Origin: Eledone cirrhosa
Taxonomy: Eukaryota
Assembly: GCA_964016885.1 (NCBI GenBank)
Contig: OZ024742.1
Coordinates: forward strand, 150,350,001-150,414,000
Direction of reading: 5' to 3'
Length of the DNA stretch: 64,000 bases
Part shown: positions 60,300 to 64,000 of the stretch, in pieces
Numbering within the stretch: position 1 is the first letter of the stretch
How the letters are laid out: the number at the start of each line of letters is the position of its first letter
Translations under genes and position numbers: made by a program
Notes under the pieces: model-generated
Database searches by the model: none
What the model was told of the DNA's origin: nothing
The model's input: the letters and a program-made list of their open reading frames with translations, nothing else

Positions 60300-61288
60300 A
60301 TCTAAATCTTTCATTTCCTTTCTGAGCACTGACTGTATACCATAAAAATAGAGCTTATTAAACGGATATGCATACTCAGAAATACACACTTATAGGAGTT
60401 TAACATGAAATGTATATTTGTATCCCCCTTGGCATAGGTAAATGAATGTGTTATAGTTTGTAGGTTCAGGACACTAGTGTATTTAAATCGCAGCATATAT
60501 TTTTCCACACTTTGTGGATATATGAGTGTGTGGATATACTTGGATGAATGAGAGTGTGAAATAATTTTAGGGGAATATTAATATAAAAATATGTCTATGT
60601 CCACTTCTGGTTGTATCATATAGTGTCCCCATTAATTAATTGTGATTTAGGGAATCAAATAGGAACTTATCCAAAACCAGTTTCTTTAATCCCAGGAAAT
60701 AATTTCTAAGGTTAATTGTCCACGAATTATCTCACTAAGATAAATTTTCGTTTGTTTCTTTCTTAAACCAAGATGTCAACGTTTAACACTCGTGCGAGAA
60801 ACAAAATCCGAAAAAATGTATTCGATCTTTATAGACTTGACTCTTAAGATGCAGAATTAAATAACATATTCTATGGTAAGGGTAATCTAAGTTTGTCAGT
60901 GATAAAGCTTCACCAATGACTATCTTTTTCTCTCAGAGGAGATTGAGCTGTGAACTTATAGAAATACATCTATTTCTATAGATTAACGATATAAAACGAA
61001 TTCTGTAACAACACTTTCAATATTTCGAGGTCATATCTCATTCGAAACGATTGCAAGGGAATAAATACGATTTTTGATGAAAGATTAAATTTCCAATTAC
61101 CATTAATACCTCTCCCTCTCTCCCCTCTCTCTCCCTCTCCCCCTCTCTCTCTCCCTCTCCCTCTCTCTCTCTGTATTAATGTATATATATATATGTGTGT
61201 GTGTGTTGTGTACATATATATATATATACATATACACATATATATATATGTATACATATACGGTCAAAGCCGCATGTAGTGTAATCTA

Positions 61289-62972
<1,684 letters not shown>

Positions 62973-63136
62973 TGACAAGCTTGAAACTAGTACATCGTCC
63001 CTGTGTCAGTGTTGAACAAAAAGGTGACGTGGTTGCCTTAACACCGTATGGCATAAATTCGGGCTGTTGAGTTTGTTTACAAACGAACAAAGCGGCGTTA
63101 TAATAAGCGTCCGCTAAACTGATGCGTGCATATATG

Positions 63137-63190
<54 letters not shown>

Positions 63191-63289
63191 TGCTACTGTA
63201 CGTCTGTATACATATATGTATGTACGTATACATACATACTTACATATATATACATATATATACATATATATACATATATATATATATAC

Positions 63290-63342
<53 letters not shown>

Positions 63343-63637
63343 CATATATATATATTTACATATATATACATATATATATACACATATATACATATATATA
63401 CATATATATATATACATATATATACATATATATACATATATATATATACATATATATACATATATATATATACATATATATACATATATATATATACATA
63501 TATATACATATATATACATATATATACATATATATATATACATATATATACATATATATACATATATATACATATATATATATATACATATATATACATA
63601 TATATATATATATACATATATATACATATATATTCTA

Positions 63638-63860
63638 GTCGAGTCGATCGACTTTCGTCAAATCGGACCGAGGAAACTATGTTTCCGTTGGTCTTTCCAA
63701 TTGCTAATACTATCTATCGGTCGCAACTCCAGGTAGAAGGAGCAACGTGAAATAAAGTGTCTTGCTCAAGGACATAACGCATCTCCTGGTTCAGGAATCG
63801 AACTCACAACCTCACGATTGTGAATCCAATACTCTAACCACTCAGCCACACGCCTTCACT
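63638..63860 (-). mobile_element. CORE-like SINE, family B
   Basis: Homologous to 14894-15114; embedded in a TA/TACA array that runs to the window end. Confidence 0.88.
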
Positions 63861-64000
63861 ATACATATATATATACATATATATATATACATATATATAC
63901 ATATATATATATACATATATATACATATATATATATACATATATATACATATATATATATACATATATATACATATATATATATATACATATATATATAC

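Overview
AT-rich eukaryotic repeat-dense DNA, probably an octopus or other cephalopod (inferred from the SINE families). No host protein-coding gene can be supported. Roughly 40% by eye is compound (TA)n/(TACA)n/(CA)n microsatellite, which explains nearly all the long 'IYIY' ORFs. The islands between the microsatellites are transposon pieces: a frameshifted near-full-length RTE-X-like LINE (8764-12058), RTE-clade fragments, a family of bipartite non-autonomous RTE derivatives, two tRNA-derived SINE families, two non-autonomous Helitrons, and many Penelope-like element (PLE) fragments with GIY-YIG coding pieces, tandem pseudo-LTRs and fold-back inverted ends. The main hidden signal is RNA structure. 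Read by eye, the window holds about 20 type I hammerhead ribozyme motifs from more than 10 unrelated repeat families. At least five families use a compensated U3-A8 core (UUGANAA instead of CUGANGA), many have palindromic stem III, and several have very long stem II or III. Several sit in non-coding tandem units of about 320-730 bp that resemble retrozymes. All folds were derived by manual pairing, and activity is untested.
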